Shown here one piece after another: positions 1 to 13,540 of a stretch of 64,000 bases of DNA; position 1 is the stretch's first letter, and each line of letters starts with the position of its first letter. This DNA is from the human T2T-CHM13v2.0 reference genome, Homo sapiens, in NCBI RefSeq assembly GCF_009914755.1, contig NC_060934.1; one strand, 5' to 3'. A model generated the notes under the pieces. It saw only the letters and a list, made by a program, of their open reading frames with translations, was not told where the DNA came from and made no database searches. The translations under genes and the position numbers were made by a program.

Positions 1-1644
1 TTTATCGATTTGTGTATGTTGAGCCATCTTTGCATCCCTGGGGTAAATCCCACTTTATCATGGCATATTATCTTTTTGATGTGCTGTTAGATTTACTTTG
101 CTAGTATTTTGTTAAGGATTTTAGCATTAATATTCACTAGGAATATTGACCTGTAGTGTTCTTTTGTTGTGTCCTTGTCTGGTTTTGGTATCAGGATAGT
201 GTTGTCTCATAGAATGAGTTAGGGGAAATTCCTTCCTCTTCAATTTTTTTTTGCAATAGTTTGAGAATAATTGATGTTAGTTTTTATTTGTAAGTTTTAT
301 AGGATTCAGCTGTGAAGATTTTTCTTTGTGGGGAGACATTTTATTCCTAATTCAATCTCATTTTTCAATTATTGGTCTGTTCATGTTTTTTATTCCTTCC
401 TGATTCAGTCTTGGTAGGTTGTATGTATCCAGGAATTTATTTATTTCCTCTAGGTTTTCCATTTTGTTAGTTTAGAGTTGTTCATAATGGTCTCTGATGA
501 TCTTTTATATTTTTGTGTCATCAGTTTTAATGTCTCCTTTGTATTTCTGGTTTTGTTATTAGGGTCTTCTCTTTTTTTCTTGATAACTCTAGCTAACATT
601 TTATTGATTTATTTTATCATTTCAAAATACCAACTCTTTTGATTTGTTGATCCTTTGTGTTTTTTTAAAGTCTTTATTTTCTTTAGGTCTGCTCTGATCT
701 TTATTCTTTCTTTCCTTCAACTAATTTCAGGCTTGGTTTTTTCTTGCTTTTCTAGTTCCCTGAGGTACATCATCAGATTGTTTATTTGAAATCTTTCTAC
801 TATTTCAATGCGGGTGTTTATTGCTATAAAATTCCCTCTTAGCACTGCTTTTGCTGTATCCCTTAAGTTTGGGTATGTTGTGTTTCAATTTTCATTTGTT
901 TTAAGAAATTTTTTTTTTATTTCCTTCTTGATTTCTTCCTTGACCTGGTAGTCATCCAGGAGCTTGTTGTTTAATTTTCATGTATTTGTACATTTCCAAA
1001 GTCCCTCTTGTTATTGATTACCAGTTTTATTCCAGTGTGGTCTGTGAAGATACTTGATAGGATTTTGATTCTTAAAAATTTGTTGCAATTTGTTTTGTGT
1101 CCTATCACATGGTCTATTCTGAAAAATGTTTCATGTACTGATGAGAACAATGTATATTCTGTAGCTATTGCATAAAATGTTCTGTAAATATCTATTAGAT
1201 CCATTTGGTCTAAAGTGCAGTTTAAAGTCAGTGTTTCCTTGCTAATTTTCTGTCTAGATAATCCGTCTAATGATGAGAGTGTGGTGTTGAAGTCCCCAAC
1301 TATTATTGTATTGGAGTCATTTTCTCCCTTTGGATCTAATAATATTTGCTTTATAGATCTAGGTGCTCTGGTATTGGTTGCATATATGTTTAAAATTATT
1401 ATATCATCTGACTGAATTTAACTTTATGATTATGGAATGATCTTCTTTTTTCTTTTTACTGTTTTTACTTAAAGTCTGCTTTATCTGATATTAGGAAAGC
1501 TACTTTTTGTGTTTTCTTTCTGTTTGCTGGGGATATATTTTTCTATCCTTTCACTTTCAGTCTATATGTGTTTTTACAAGTGAGATGAGTTTCTTATAGG
1601 CAGCATTTTGTTGGATGATTTTAAAGACCAATTTAGCTGTATCC

Positions 1645-1931
1645 TTTTTTTGAGATGGAGTTTCACTCTTGTCACCCAGGCTGGAGTCCAATGGAGCGAT
1701 CTCGGTTTATTGACACCTCCTCCCGGGTTCAAGCAATTCTCCTGCCTCAGCCTCCTGAGTAGTTGGAATTACAGGTGCCTGTCACCACATCCAGTTAATT
1801 TTTTTGTATTTTTAGTAGAGATGGGGTTTCACTATGTTGGCCAGGCTGGTCTCAAACTCCTGACCTCATGATCCACCTGCCTCAGCCTCCCAAAGTGCTG
1901 GGATTACAGGTGTGAGCCACCATGCCCAGCC
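1645..1931 (-). mobile_element. AluS
   Basis: Antisense Alu dimer; degenerate TSD ttagctgtatcctttt / tcagccatatctttt. Confidence 0.95.
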
Positions 1932-2511
1932 TCAGCCATATCTTTTAAGTGGAAAGTTTAATCTGTATATATCCAAGGTCATCATTGATACATGAAGGCT
2001 TATTCCTGTCATTTTATTAATTGATTTCTGATTGTTTTCTATATGCTTTGCTCCTTTCTTTCTTATTGTTTATCACTGTGGTTTGGTGGTAGTGGTAACA
2101 TTAGTGTCCTCACTTGTGTGTTTTTTCAATCAGTGGATTTCATACTTTCATGTGTTTTAATGATTTTGGATATCATTTTTTCACTTCCAGGCATGGGGAT
2201 CCCTTAAGAATTTCTCGTAGGGTCAGTTTAGTGATGATGAATTCCCTTAGCTTTTGCTTGTCTGGGATAGCCTTTATTTCTCCTTCAGTGATGAAAGATA
2301 ATTTTCTAGTTATTGTATCCTTGGCTTACAGGATTTTTTTCTTTCAGTACTATGAATATATGATCCCATTCTCTCCTGGCTTGTATGATTTCTGCTGAGA
2401 AATCTGCTGTTATTCTGATGGGAGTTCCCTTATAAGTAACTAGGCGTTTTTCTTTCATTGCATTTAGAATTATCTCTGTCTTTGACTTTTGACAGTTTGA
2501 CTATAATATAC

Positions 2512-4849
2512 TGTATTAGTCCATTCTCACACTGCTATAAAGGACTACCTAAGACTGGGCAATCTATGAATAAAAGAGGTTTAATTGACTCACAGTTCTG
2601 CAGGCTGTACAGGAAGCATGGCTGGGAAGCCTCAGGAGACTTACAGTCATGGTGGAAGGATGAAAGGGAAGCAAGCACATCTTCACATGGTGGCAAGAGA
2701 GAGAGAGTGAGGGGGGGAAGTGCTACACACTTTTAAAAAACCAGATATCATGAGAACTCACTATCACAAGAACAGCAAGTGGGAAATCCACCCCCATGAT
2801 CCAATCACCCCCCACCAGGTCCCTCCCCTGGGGATTACAATTCAACATGAGATGTGGGTGGGGACACAGAGACAAACCATATCATTCCACCCCTATCCTC
2901 TCCCAAATCTCATGTCTTTCTCACATTTCAAAATGAATCATGTCTTCCCAACAGTTCCACAGTCTTTACTCATTCCAGCATTAACTAAGAAGTCCAAGTT
3001 TAATGTCTCATCTGAAACAAGACAAGTCCCTCTGCCTATGAGCTGATAAAATAAAAAACAAGTTAGTTATTTCCAAAATACAATGGGGGTACAGGCATTG
3101 AGTAAATGCTCCTGTTCCAAAAGGGAGAAATAAGCCAAAACAAAGAGGCTATAGGCCCCATACAAGTCCAAAACCCAGAAGGGCAGTTATGAAAATCTTA
3201 AAATTCCAAAATAATCTCCTTTCACTTCATGTTTCACATCCAGGGCTCACTGATGCAAGAGGTGGACAGCTCTGCCCTTGTGGCTCTGCAGGGTACAGCC
3301 CCTGCAGCTGCTTTTCTGGGCTGGCATTGGGTGCCTGTGGCTTTTCCAGATGCACAGTGCAAGCCGTCAGTGGATCTACCATTCTGAGGTCTGGGGGACC
3401 CTCTGGGGGACCCTCCTCTCACAGCTTCACTAGGCAGTGCCCCACAGGGAACTCTGTGTGGGGGATCAACCCCACATTTTTCCTCTGCACTGCCTTCATA
3501 GAAGTTCTCCATAAGCACTCTACCCCTGCAGCAGACTTCTGCCTGGACATCCAGGCATTTCCATACATCTTTTGAAACCTAGGTGGAAGCTCCCAAACCT
3601 CAACTCTTGTCTTAGGCCCAACACCACATGGAAGCCACCAAGGCTTGGGGCTTGCACCCTCTGAAGCAATGGCCCAAGCTGTGCCTTGGCCCCTTACAGC
3701 CACGGCTGGAGTTGGAGCAGCTGGAATGCAAGGTGCCATGTCCCAAGGCTGGACGGAGCAGCAAGGCCTTAGGCCCAGACCACGAAACCATTTCTCCCTC
3801 CTAGGCTTCTGGGCTTGTGATGGGAGGGGCTGCCATAAAGGTCTCTGAAATGCCCTGGAAGCATTTTCCTCATTGTCTTGGTTATTAACATTCAGCTCCT
3901 CTTCACAAATTTCTGCAACCTTGAATTCCTTCCCAGAAAATGGGTTTTACTTTCCTACCACATGGTTGGGCTGCAAATTTTCCAAACTTTAATGCTCTGC
4001 TTCCCTTTAAAGTATAAGTTCTAGTTTCAGTCATTTATTTATGCAAATGAGCATAGGCTTTTATTAATAGAAGCAGCCAGGTCACATGTTGAATGCTTTA
4101 CTGCTTAGAAATTTCTTCTGCCAGATACCCTAAATTATCTCTCTCAAGTTCACTTTCACAGATCTCTAGAGCAGGAGGACAATGCCTCCAGTCTCTTTGC
4201 TAAAGCACAGCAAAAATGACCTTTGCTCCAGTTCCTAATAAGTTCCTCATCTCCACCTCAGCTTGAACTATACTGTCCATATCACAATCAACATTTTGAT
4301 CCACTCAACAAGTCTCTAGGAAGTTCCAAACTTTCCCTTATCTTCCTGTCTTCTTTTGAGCCCTGCAAACTGTTCCAACCTCTGCCCATTACCCAGTTGC
4401 AGTGTCACTTCCATATTTTCCAGTATCTTTTTAGCAATGTCCCACTTCTCTGGTGCCAATATTCTGTATTAATCTGTTCTTACACTGCTATAAAGAACTG
4501 CCTAAGACTGGGTGATTTATGAAGAAAAGAGGTTTCATTGACTCACAGTTCCACAGGCTGTACAGGAAGCATGGCTGGGAGGCCTCAGGAAACTTACAAT
4601 CATGGCAGAAGGATGAAAGGGGGAGCCAGCACATCTTCACATGGCAGCAGGGGAGACAGAGAGCAAAGCAGGAAGTGCTACACACTTTTAAACAACCAGA
4701 TCTCATGAGAACTCAATCACTATCAAGAGAACAGCAAGGGGGAAATCTGCCCACACTATCTAATTACCTCCTACCTGGCCCCTCCTCCAACACTGAAGAT
4801 CATAATTCAATGTGAGATTCAACTGGGGACACAGAGCCAAACTGTATCA
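2512..4849 (-). mobile_element. Complete ERVL-MaLR provirus (MSTB-like): LTR 2512-2884, internal 2885-4464, LTR 4465-4849
   Basis: Two direct-repeat LTRs tgtatta...tatca, both with aggctgtacaggaagcatggctggg; MaLR-type internal sequence between them; 5-bp TSD tatac/tgtac. Confidence 0.92.
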
Positions 4850-7519
4850 TGTACCATGGAGATGACATTTTTAAATTGTATCTATTTGGGGATCCCTGAA
4901 CTTCCTGTATCTGGATATCTAAATCTCTTGCTAGACTTAGGAAGCTCTTAGCTATTATTATGTTAAATAGGTTTTCTATCCCTTTCATTTTTCTCTTTGC
5001 CTTCTGGGAAACCTAAAACTTGAATATTTGGTTGCTTTATGGTGTCCCATGTGTCACATAGGCTTTGTTCATTCTTTTTAATTATTTTTCTTTATTTTTT
5101 TGTCTGACTGGGTTATTTCAAAAGACTTATTTTCAAGTTCTAAACTGTTTTTTTAATGCTTGATCTAGTCTATTGTTAAAGCTTTCAATGGTATTTTGTG
5201 TTTCATTCAATAAATTCTTCAGTTCCAGAATTTCTGTTTGGTTCTTTTTTGATCATGTCTATCTTGTCGGTAAATTTCTCCGTCATATCCTGAATTGTTT
5301 TTCTGATTTCTTTGTAATCTTCATCTGTGTTCTCTTGTATCTCATTGAGCTTCTTTAATATTATTATTTTGAATGCTTTGGGATTTCATAAATTTCTTTT
5401 TGACTGGAATCTGTTGCTAGAAAATTGTTGTGTTTCTTTGGAGTGTCATATTTCCTTAATTTTTGATGTTTCTTGTGTCCTTATGTTGGGTATCTGCACA
5501 TCTGGTATAAATAGTTGCTTCTCCAACTTTTTGAATTTGCTTTCATAGGGTCAGAGTTCTTCCTGATGATGTGTCTATGATGTTAGTTGGATGGGACACT
5601 TTGGATTTGATTCTGGGTACATGCAGTATTGTAGTCTTCATATGATTTCTTCTGTGGTAAACAGCATCAGTGCTTTTGTAATTTCATCAGTGGCTTAGGG
5701 TGTGGTAGCTACTGGAGGCTGTGGTTGCTAAAGTTTTCCTGGGGATGAGAATGCTAGGTAAGCCAGGCTTCAGGCAGCTGTGGTGGCAGTGGTGGACTGA
5801 GTATGCCTGTCCTTGGGCCCTAGGGTTATGTATGCTGGCACTGGTGTTAGTGGGACCAGACAAGCCAATTCTTGGGCCTCCAAGTGGCTTGTTCAGGTGC
5901 CAGCAGTGGCAGTGGTGGTTCATGTAGTTGGACAGGTCCTTTGGCCCCTGGGCAGTGGGTGTGGTGTGGGCAATGGTAGTAGCTGTGATGGAACACCCCT
6001 CTGGTTCCCAAGTGATCCACACTGCTGTTGGCAGTAGCTGCAATAAGCTGGCTAGGCCAGTGACCAGGCCCATAAGTGGCAGGTTCTCGTGGGTGCTAAC
6101 TGTAGTGATAGCAACAGGTTGGGTGGGTTCAATCTCAGGCCCCCCAAGAGGATTGCTCAGGTACCAATGGTGACGAAAAGGGCTGGGCAATCCCCAGGCC
6201 CCCAGACATCAAGCTCCATCACTGGAAGGACAGAGCCAGGCTGAACAGACCTGACTTCAGGCCCTGCATTGGCACATCCAGTTGCTGGCTGTGGTAGGCA
6301 GGAGAAGGGTGATCCTCAGGTCCCCAGCAGAATGCTCAGGTGGGGGCAGCAGTGGCTGCACTGCGTCCCTGCTACTGGAGAGGGCGAGTTTGCTTTCAGT
6401 GGCAGCAGCCATAGGCAGGTGGCTGGGGAGCACACACTTCAGCCCCAGGTGGCGGCTGCATGTGGGGTACCCTATCATTAGGGTGCTTGTAAATGCATGG
6501 TGCCTCCACTGCTGGTGGATTGAGATTTGGTCCTAGTGATGGCAGCTGTAAGCAGGGAAGCCTGTCCTTGGAGTCCCTGAAAATGTGCAGCAGCCCTGCT
6601 ACTGAGGGTGGCTGGGTCACAGCCAGTGGCTTATGCTTCGGCCCTGATGGCAGCAGCCAGATCTGGTGGCAGCCATGGGCAGGGGATATCAATGAGATGG
6701 GGCTCCAGGGATGTAGAGATGCAGGGGCTGTTGGGCCCCAGGGCAGGGTGCAGTCTGGTGGGGCCTAGGCTTTCAAAATGGTGCTGTTCTGCAGCTGCTT
6801 AGGACTTGGGGTGAAGTGTGGGACTTAGCTTGAGCTCCCTTGCTGAAGCAGTGCTGTCACATGGTCTACACACAGCTCCCTATGTTAGTCTCAGTGTTGA
6901 CGAGGTTCAAGGGCCTCTCCATGGCTAGGATTGCAGGAGTCTGTGGTGGGACTTTGGACAACTGTAGAGTTTCTCACTTACCCTTTCCCTGCACTAGGGA
7001 GTCTTCTGTAGGCTCCCAGAAGATCCTAGCTAAGCAGTCTGCCTCACTTTTCTCTCTTTCCGTCCTTTAGGTAGGAATAGACCATCCTCTCTTGGATGGT
7101 CTATTTGAAGTGTGATTATCTGCTCACTATTTTGGCTCTTCTTTGTGAAGGAGGCAAGCACCAGATGCCTCTAGTCAGCCATCGTGAAATCCCTCCCACA
7201 GTTTCTTAATCTATTAATTAAATACAATACTTTTCTCTGGCAAATTGAGGGCAAGGAGGGAAATAATATATATACACAGATAACCTAATCCTTGGCTACA
7301 TTTTAGGAATTCAGTAGGTATTAGCTAAAAACATTCTAATAATTTATCTTTTAATGACAAATGCTAGTATGAACTGTAATTTTTGCTTTTTAGAATTCAT
7401 TGACTTGTTCATTTATTCATTTTTATTATATATTATATGCTTTTAACTTCTGTAAATGTTTTCTGGTTTTAGGATCTAAAAGTGCTGGAAAGAGGGAGAG
7501 AAAGAGAAAGAGAAAAATT

Positions 7520-7830
7520 AAGGGCCCTTGTAATAATTTGTCAATATTTTGTTTAATATATTTTCATTTGCATTAACATGGTTTATTAATTTTTTCCCTT
7601 TGTGAATGACACCTTTTTTAGATATCAAATTACTCCGTGTCACATTTAATAGTTTGGGCCTTAAATTCTGCTGTTTGAGATCAATACGACCATTTCTTCC
7701 TTTCACAATTATATTTGCCCAATAAATTTTTCACTCATCCTTTGATTTTTAACATTTCATTGTAGTTTTATTTTCAGTGTGTGTCTTCAGGCAGCATGCA
7801 GCTGGATTTTCTTATATCCAATCCAAACTC
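7520..7830 (-). mobile_element. Highly decayed L1M(E) fragment
   Basis: Resembles antisense ORF2 endonuclease 5' region (...gtgtgtcttcaggcagcatgcagctggattt...tccaatc). Confidence 0.55.
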
Positions 7831-7834
7831 TTAG

Positions 7835-8172
<338 letters not shown>

Positions 8173-8399
8173 TCTCAAACAGAACTTCTAAGAGTATTAG
8201 TTCAATCAAAAATTTGTGTCCCCACTTTTGTAGATCCTACCTCAGCAAAGCAGTGTGGGGCCCAGGGCTTTCATTTCCATTGTGAAAACCAGTTTTCTGA
8301 AACATCCAACAACCCATAGAATACTGTGGTTATCATTAACTAAAGATTTCACTTTTTGCCACAGCTAATAACTTCCACTCCAGTTTTTTTTTGGCTTGT

Positions 8400-9650
8400 T
8401 TAGTTTCTTTCCTTTTCCATGGGCTAACTTTGTATTTGGTTAGTTTTCCTCTGTGATTTCCATCATTTTTTAAAAATACTACTGGAGTGTATCTTCAAGC
8501 ATTTGCAGAACTTTTAAAACCTGCATTTCTCTCATTATAAAGTCAAGAATGAATTTATTTCTTCTTTTTCCTCCTTGCCCCAGGTAAAAGGAAGAATTTA
8601 CCATATTCTTGGTTTGAGACCATTAATTATTATTATCGTGTGCATATTTTATGATGTAGCTTTCTGGTTTCCAAAATGCTTATCTACATTTACAGTCTGT
8701 CTCGAACCGTTTGCTTACCAGTATTCACAGTTAGCTCTCTATTGGCTTATTTCCTACAGGATGTCCTTTAATCACTTCCCCAATCTGGAACATTTAGTGA
8801 AACAATGTCTCTCTGTTAACAGGAGAGCATACAGCAAGGTAGATTTGTAAAGACCTTTTCTCAGACTGTGCACAGCTGAGGACATCATTGCATTATTTCT
8901 ACACGTGATCAGAATTTGGCTGGGTATAAAATTTGGCCTTACAATGTTTCTCCCCTGAGAATCTGAGGACAATAATCTTCTGTTTCCTGGATCGTAGTTT
9001 TTCAAAGAAGTCTGAGACCAATTGAGTTTTCTGTCTTTACGGTCTTATTGATTGATATGGTTTGGCTGTGTCCTCACCCAAATCTCATCTCGAATTGTAG
9101 CTGCCGTAATTCTCAGGTGTTGTGGGAGGGACCTAGTGAGAGATAATTGAATCATGGGGGCAGTTTCCCCCATACTGTTCTCGGGTAGTGAATAAGTGTC
9201 TCGAGATCTGATGGTTTTATAAGGGGAAACCCCTTTCCCTTGGCTCTCATTCTGTCTTGACTGCTGCCATGTGAGAAATGACTTTCACCTTCTGCCATGA
9301 TTGTGAGGCCTCCCCAGCAACGTGGAACTGTGAGTACATTAAACCTCTTCCCTTTATAAATTACCCAGTCTCGAGTATATCTTTATTAGCAGCATGAGAA
9401 CAGACTAATACATCAATCTAGGTGCTTTTAGGGCTTTTCCTTTACTTATTTCATTCAAAACTGTGATCATTTTTTCACTCATTTTGTCTGGGACATCATG
9501 GGCATTTTCAACTGTCATATAACCAGCCTCTTTCTTTCATTTTGTTTTTTTAAGCTAAGGAACTGTTCTTCAATAATGCTTACCTTTAATTGCAATTCTC
9601 ATCCAAGCATTCAGGTTTCTTCATTTAACCCTCTTATTCTTAGAGTTATT
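8400..9650 (-). mobile_element. Decayed L1M fragments flanking the THE1 LTR
   Basis: T-rich antisense ORF1-like sequence (gctgggtataaaatttgg, gaagtctgagaccaa). Confidence 0.45.
9053..9412 (+). mobile_element. THE1 (B/C-like) solo LTR
   Basis: tgatatggtttggctgtgtcc...cagactaataca; TSD ttgat/tcaat. Confidence 0.93.
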
Positions 9651-10109
9651 CTCCTGCTGCTCATAGAATGGCTAGTTAGGTGCCCAAGCTCTGTGACCCT
9701 GGCCCTCTGCCAATTCTGTGGAAGAAACCCACCGCAACCCCCACATCATCTCCAGCCTATTATCCTAAATAACAATGAGAAAGGAGGGGGCTCCATGAGT
9801 AGAAGGAAGATCAGCATCATGAAAGAGGAATTTGAAAATAAATAGAAAATCTACTCCAGAGGAAACTGAGACAATTTCAGAGAAAGTTAAACAACAACAA
9901 CAACAACAACCACAACAATGGAAACCCTCTAATTAGTCAAATAAGAAATTGGGGAAAATCAATACATTTTATAAATCAATGACCCTGTGCTAAGGGTAAA
10001 AATCAATTAATCAATCATAAAGAGATGATCATTGGATTGTGGTATCACTTAGGCTGCCTGAAGAGCTCAGCAAAAGTGGATTAAAGTGATAGGGCCTATC
10101 TCCTAAAAT

Positions 10110-11670
10110 GATTTTCAGAGACCAGGTACCCTCTTTGTACATTTTAAGCTACTTTCTAACATTTTAAATTATATTTAAATACTTGAAAAGAAAATAACTT
10201 CCAGCATATTTCAAATATTAACATTAAAAATGTCTGCATTTAAATGTCTCCAAAGGAATCAAAATTCCACAGTAACTGCCCACCGTCACTCACTTAGAAG
10301 ATCCAAGAGTAAGCCTTCCTCTAAAATTAGAACAGTCATAACTTTTTTTACTCCTTGAATTACTGTCTTTTTACTTTTATCCAAATATTCTTTTATGAAT
10401 TAAAGACTTTATTGTTCACCTCATCATTAGTTCATATAACAAAGATGTATATAAATTGAATTGTTTAAATCTTTTAAATTTTCTGAAATCATGGGCTCTA
10501 ACATTTTTGCTAGCTTAAGGTATAATTTCAAGTGTTTGTGTATATTTTACAAAAAAAAAAACCCATGTTGGCCAGGCACCATGTCTCATGCCTGTAAACC
10601 CAACAATTTGGGAGACCTATGTGGGAGAGTAGCTTGAACCCAGGAGTTCAAGACCAGCCTCGGCAACATAGTGAGACCCCCATCTCAACAAAAAAATTTA
10701 AAAATAATTGTCAGGGCATGGTGGTGCACACCTGTAGTTCCAGCTACTCAAGAATCTGAGGCGGGAGAATTGCCTGAACCCAGGGATTGAAGGCTGCAGT
10801 GAGCTATGATTGTACCACTGCCCTCCAGCCTAGGCAACAGAGCAAGACTCTGTCTCTATAAATAAAAATAAAAACAAGCAAATATGTTACTAATTAACTT
10901 TTAATGGAATATATAATTATTGACGATAAAGACAACTTTATTGGAAATATATGTCTTAATGAGATGAATGCAGCTTTATCAAATTACTTCACATGGCTGT
11001 TCATGAATATGACTTATTGCTAGAATGAGACGGAAATCACACCGAGTCTATTCCTGAGTCTTATTTTCATGGTCATAGGCACTGAGAAATCTTCACATAA
11101 AAGAGTAGATACTAATAATGAGCCGATACTCATAAGTGAATAATACTAATTAGTTACATGTCATAAATCACAGTGAATTCTCATAAAATAGAATTTTAAT
11201 GATTAATTGGCTATCAACTACTTCCAATCTTCTGTCAGTTTTGTTGTAAGCAAAATCATTGGTACCATTTGATCTGCAAAGGATTTACAACTTTCTCAAA
11301 TTTTGGGAAACACAGCAAAAATGTATAATAAAAATTATGAAATCACTATTAAGTATACTCCTACTCTTTCATTTAGAGGCAATTTGTTTAACAAGATACA
11401 TTTAGAAGGGATGGGAAAATTAAAATATATCAATATGCTTTTGATAAGATAACATTACTGATAAAAATACTTTTTACTACGTGCTTTAAATATCCTTAAT
11501 CAAATTGAGCTGCTGACTGAACTCATTAAATTTTATGGACAAAGCCCTTTCTACATCCTAAATAGTGAAGTCAATGTTCACTGTCAAATACATTGGCTAA
11601 ATGAGATTTGCTTTCTATCACAAATACCTAACTTTACATTTCAGTTTGTAATTAAAAATACGTTATTTCA
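10110..11670 (-). mobile_element. Probable hAT-Charlie DNA transposon remnant, interrupted by an AluJ
   Basis: Minus strand ctagcaataag...catctcattaagacatatatttccaataaa resembles a Charlie 3' region and the plus-strand remnant at ~29 kb. Confidence 0.5.
10570..10875 (+). mobile_element. AluJ
   Basis: Diverged Alu dimer with J-type gcaacatagtgagacccc; A-rich tail. Confidence 0.9.
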
Positions 11671-11674
11671 CACA

Positions 11675-12148
11675 TGTGCGAGCTTCCTTGGGCTGCTGAA
11701 ATAAAGCACCGCAAACTGGGTTGCTTAAAGCAACAAAAGTTTATTGTCTCACTGTTCTGGAGGCTGGAACGCCACCTCAAGGTCAAGGTGTTGGTAGGCC
11801 AGGCTCCCTCTGAAACCTGTCGAGAATACCTACCTTTTCCTAGCTACTGGTAGCTTGCTGGAGATCTTTGAACTTCTTTGGCTTATAGCTGCATAACTCC
11901 AAACTCTGTCTCCATCATCACGTAGTATTTTCCCTGGGCCTCTCTGTCTTTGCAGGCCTGTTTCTTACAAGGACAGCCATTATGTTTAATTAGGAGTCCA
12001 TCCTACTCCAGTACAACTTCATCTTAACTAATTATTTCTGCAATGACCCTATTTTCAAATAAAGTGATATTCTGAAGTACTAGGGGTTAGGACTTCAACA
12101 TTTCTTCCTTTTGAAGGGGGCGGGGTTGATAAAACTCAACTCATAATA
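11675..12148 (-). mobile_element. MLT1C-like MaLR solo LTR
   Basis: ggctgctgaaataaagcaccgcaaactggg...ccctattttcaaataaagtgatattctgaagtactaggggttaggacttcaaca. Confidence 0.8.
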
Positions 12149-12251
12149 GCATACTAAGAATATTTTTTAAATCACCAAGAAATAAATTACAGAATGCATT
12201 GTACAAAGTAGACAATTAAAATCTGTTAAGGTTAAAATGGCATTAACCTTG

Positions 12252-12325
12252 CCAGGAAATATTCTAGGTATATTCCAGGTATATTCTAGGTATATTCCAG
12301 GTCCCAGGAAATATTCTAGGTATAT
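12252..12325. repeat. Short iterated repeat (11-bp unit ggtatattc[c/t]a) at a duplication junction
   Basis: ccaggaaatattctaggtatattccaggtatattctaggtatattccaggtcccaggaaatattctaggtatat. Confidence 0.9.
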
Positions 12326-12539
12326 CTAAAGAAATCATTGTTTTTCTTGGTGAAGCTATTGGGAAATAGACATTTTTACATATTGCTAATGGAAGTATAA
12401 AATTGTGGAAAGCCTATTAAGTATATTAGGCAATATCTAACAAAATTACATATGCATTTACCTGTGTCTCAACAATCCCTCTTGTAGGAATCTACCTTGA
12501 AGAGATATGTCCACAAATGCAAAACATCCTATACCTAAA
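12300..12539 (+). repeat. 240-bp dispersed direct repeat, copy 1 (copy 2 at 13541-13780)
   Basis: Manual alignment: ungapped, 10 mismatches in 240 bp. Confidence 0.95.
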
Positions 12540-13046
12540 ATACATCTAAAAGGAATAATCTGTGTATTAATTTTTTAAAAAAGATAAGTCAACACGCCAC
12601 ATCTCATTACTTAATTTATATTAATACAATATATATAACTAAAATTATAAGAAATTATATATAATAATTAACTAACGTGTAACTAAAATTACAAGTCAGT
12701 TACAGCAGGAAGAGAAAAAGGCATGGCATCCTTTGGTAAATGCATTTATATGCTCATGTGTCAAAGTCTGGTATTTGGCTTTTGGGCATAATTAAATAAA
12801 TATCAGATATAAAAGTAGCAATAATGCCACTAACTTCAATATACTTCGTGATTAAACTTTTCTACACATTTAATTAAAGTGAAAATGATATATTACCCAA
12901 ACCTAATCTACCCAACAGCTAGCTTATTTTACTTTTTATTACCAGGAGGTTGAAAATATGAAATATTTTTTGAGTTATAGTGATCATTTATGTGAAAATA
13001 ACAAGTACTTAATTATATGATTTAAATAGGATAGGTTTTAACCACC

Positions 13047-13449
13047 AGTTATGGTTCGAAGGATGGTGTCCCCTCCAAAAATTATATTGAAACTTAATCC
13101 CCAATGCAACTGTATTAAGAGGTATGGCCTTTGGGAGGTGATTAAGTCATGAGCGTGAAGCTCTCATGAATGGGATTAGCACCCTTGTAATACGGCTTGA
13201 AGTTGAGAGGAGCATCCTCTTGCCCTTCTGTTCCTCCCACCATGTGAGGACACAGTGTTCCTCCTCTCAGAGTGATGCAGCCAAAATGTGCTTTCTTGGA
13301 AATGGGGAGCAGCCCTCACCAGACACCAATCCTATTAGCACCTTGATCTTGGACTTCCCATCCTCCAGAACTGTGAGAAATACATTTCTATTGTTTATAA
13401 ATTACTCAGCCTTGGGTATTTTGTTACAGCAGCACAAACAGACCAGACA
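13047..13449 (+). mobile_element. MSTD-like MaLR solo LTR
   Basis: gtcccctccaaaa...aacttaatccccaatgcaac...gttacagcagcacaaacagac. Confidence 0.8.
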
Positions 13450-13540
13450 CGACACTCTCTCATTGAATAATCCACATCAATTTATTTTAACCACAACTTG
13501 TATCTTCAGGCTTTACTCTGTGTACCTTGAAAAATGTGGT

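Larger units (their letters stand above)
1..7198 (-). mobile_element. Old LINE-1 (L1M1/L1MA-like): 5'UTR, ORF1 and the 5' part of ORF2; runs off the left edge; interrupted by an Alu and an MST provirus
   Basis: ORF 971..1204(-) MDLIDIYRTF...FFRIDHVIGHK...FTDHTGIKL is the L1 endonuclease C-terminus. T-rich antisense ORF1/ORF2 sequence, then a GC-richer 5'UTR at ~5690-7198. The minus-strand start gggagggatttcacgatggctgactagaggcatctgg resembles an L1M 5' end with a degenerate YY1 site. Confidence 0.9.

Noticed and set aside
5687-7070. Cluster of overlapping GC-rich ORFs
   Set aside because: Lies in a decayed L1 5'UTR; no recognisable domain; low stop frequency reflects composition
12252-12325. 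Short repeats as a CRISPR-like array
   Set aside because: Tandem 11-bp units with no unique spacers, in primate DNA; better explained as junction stutter
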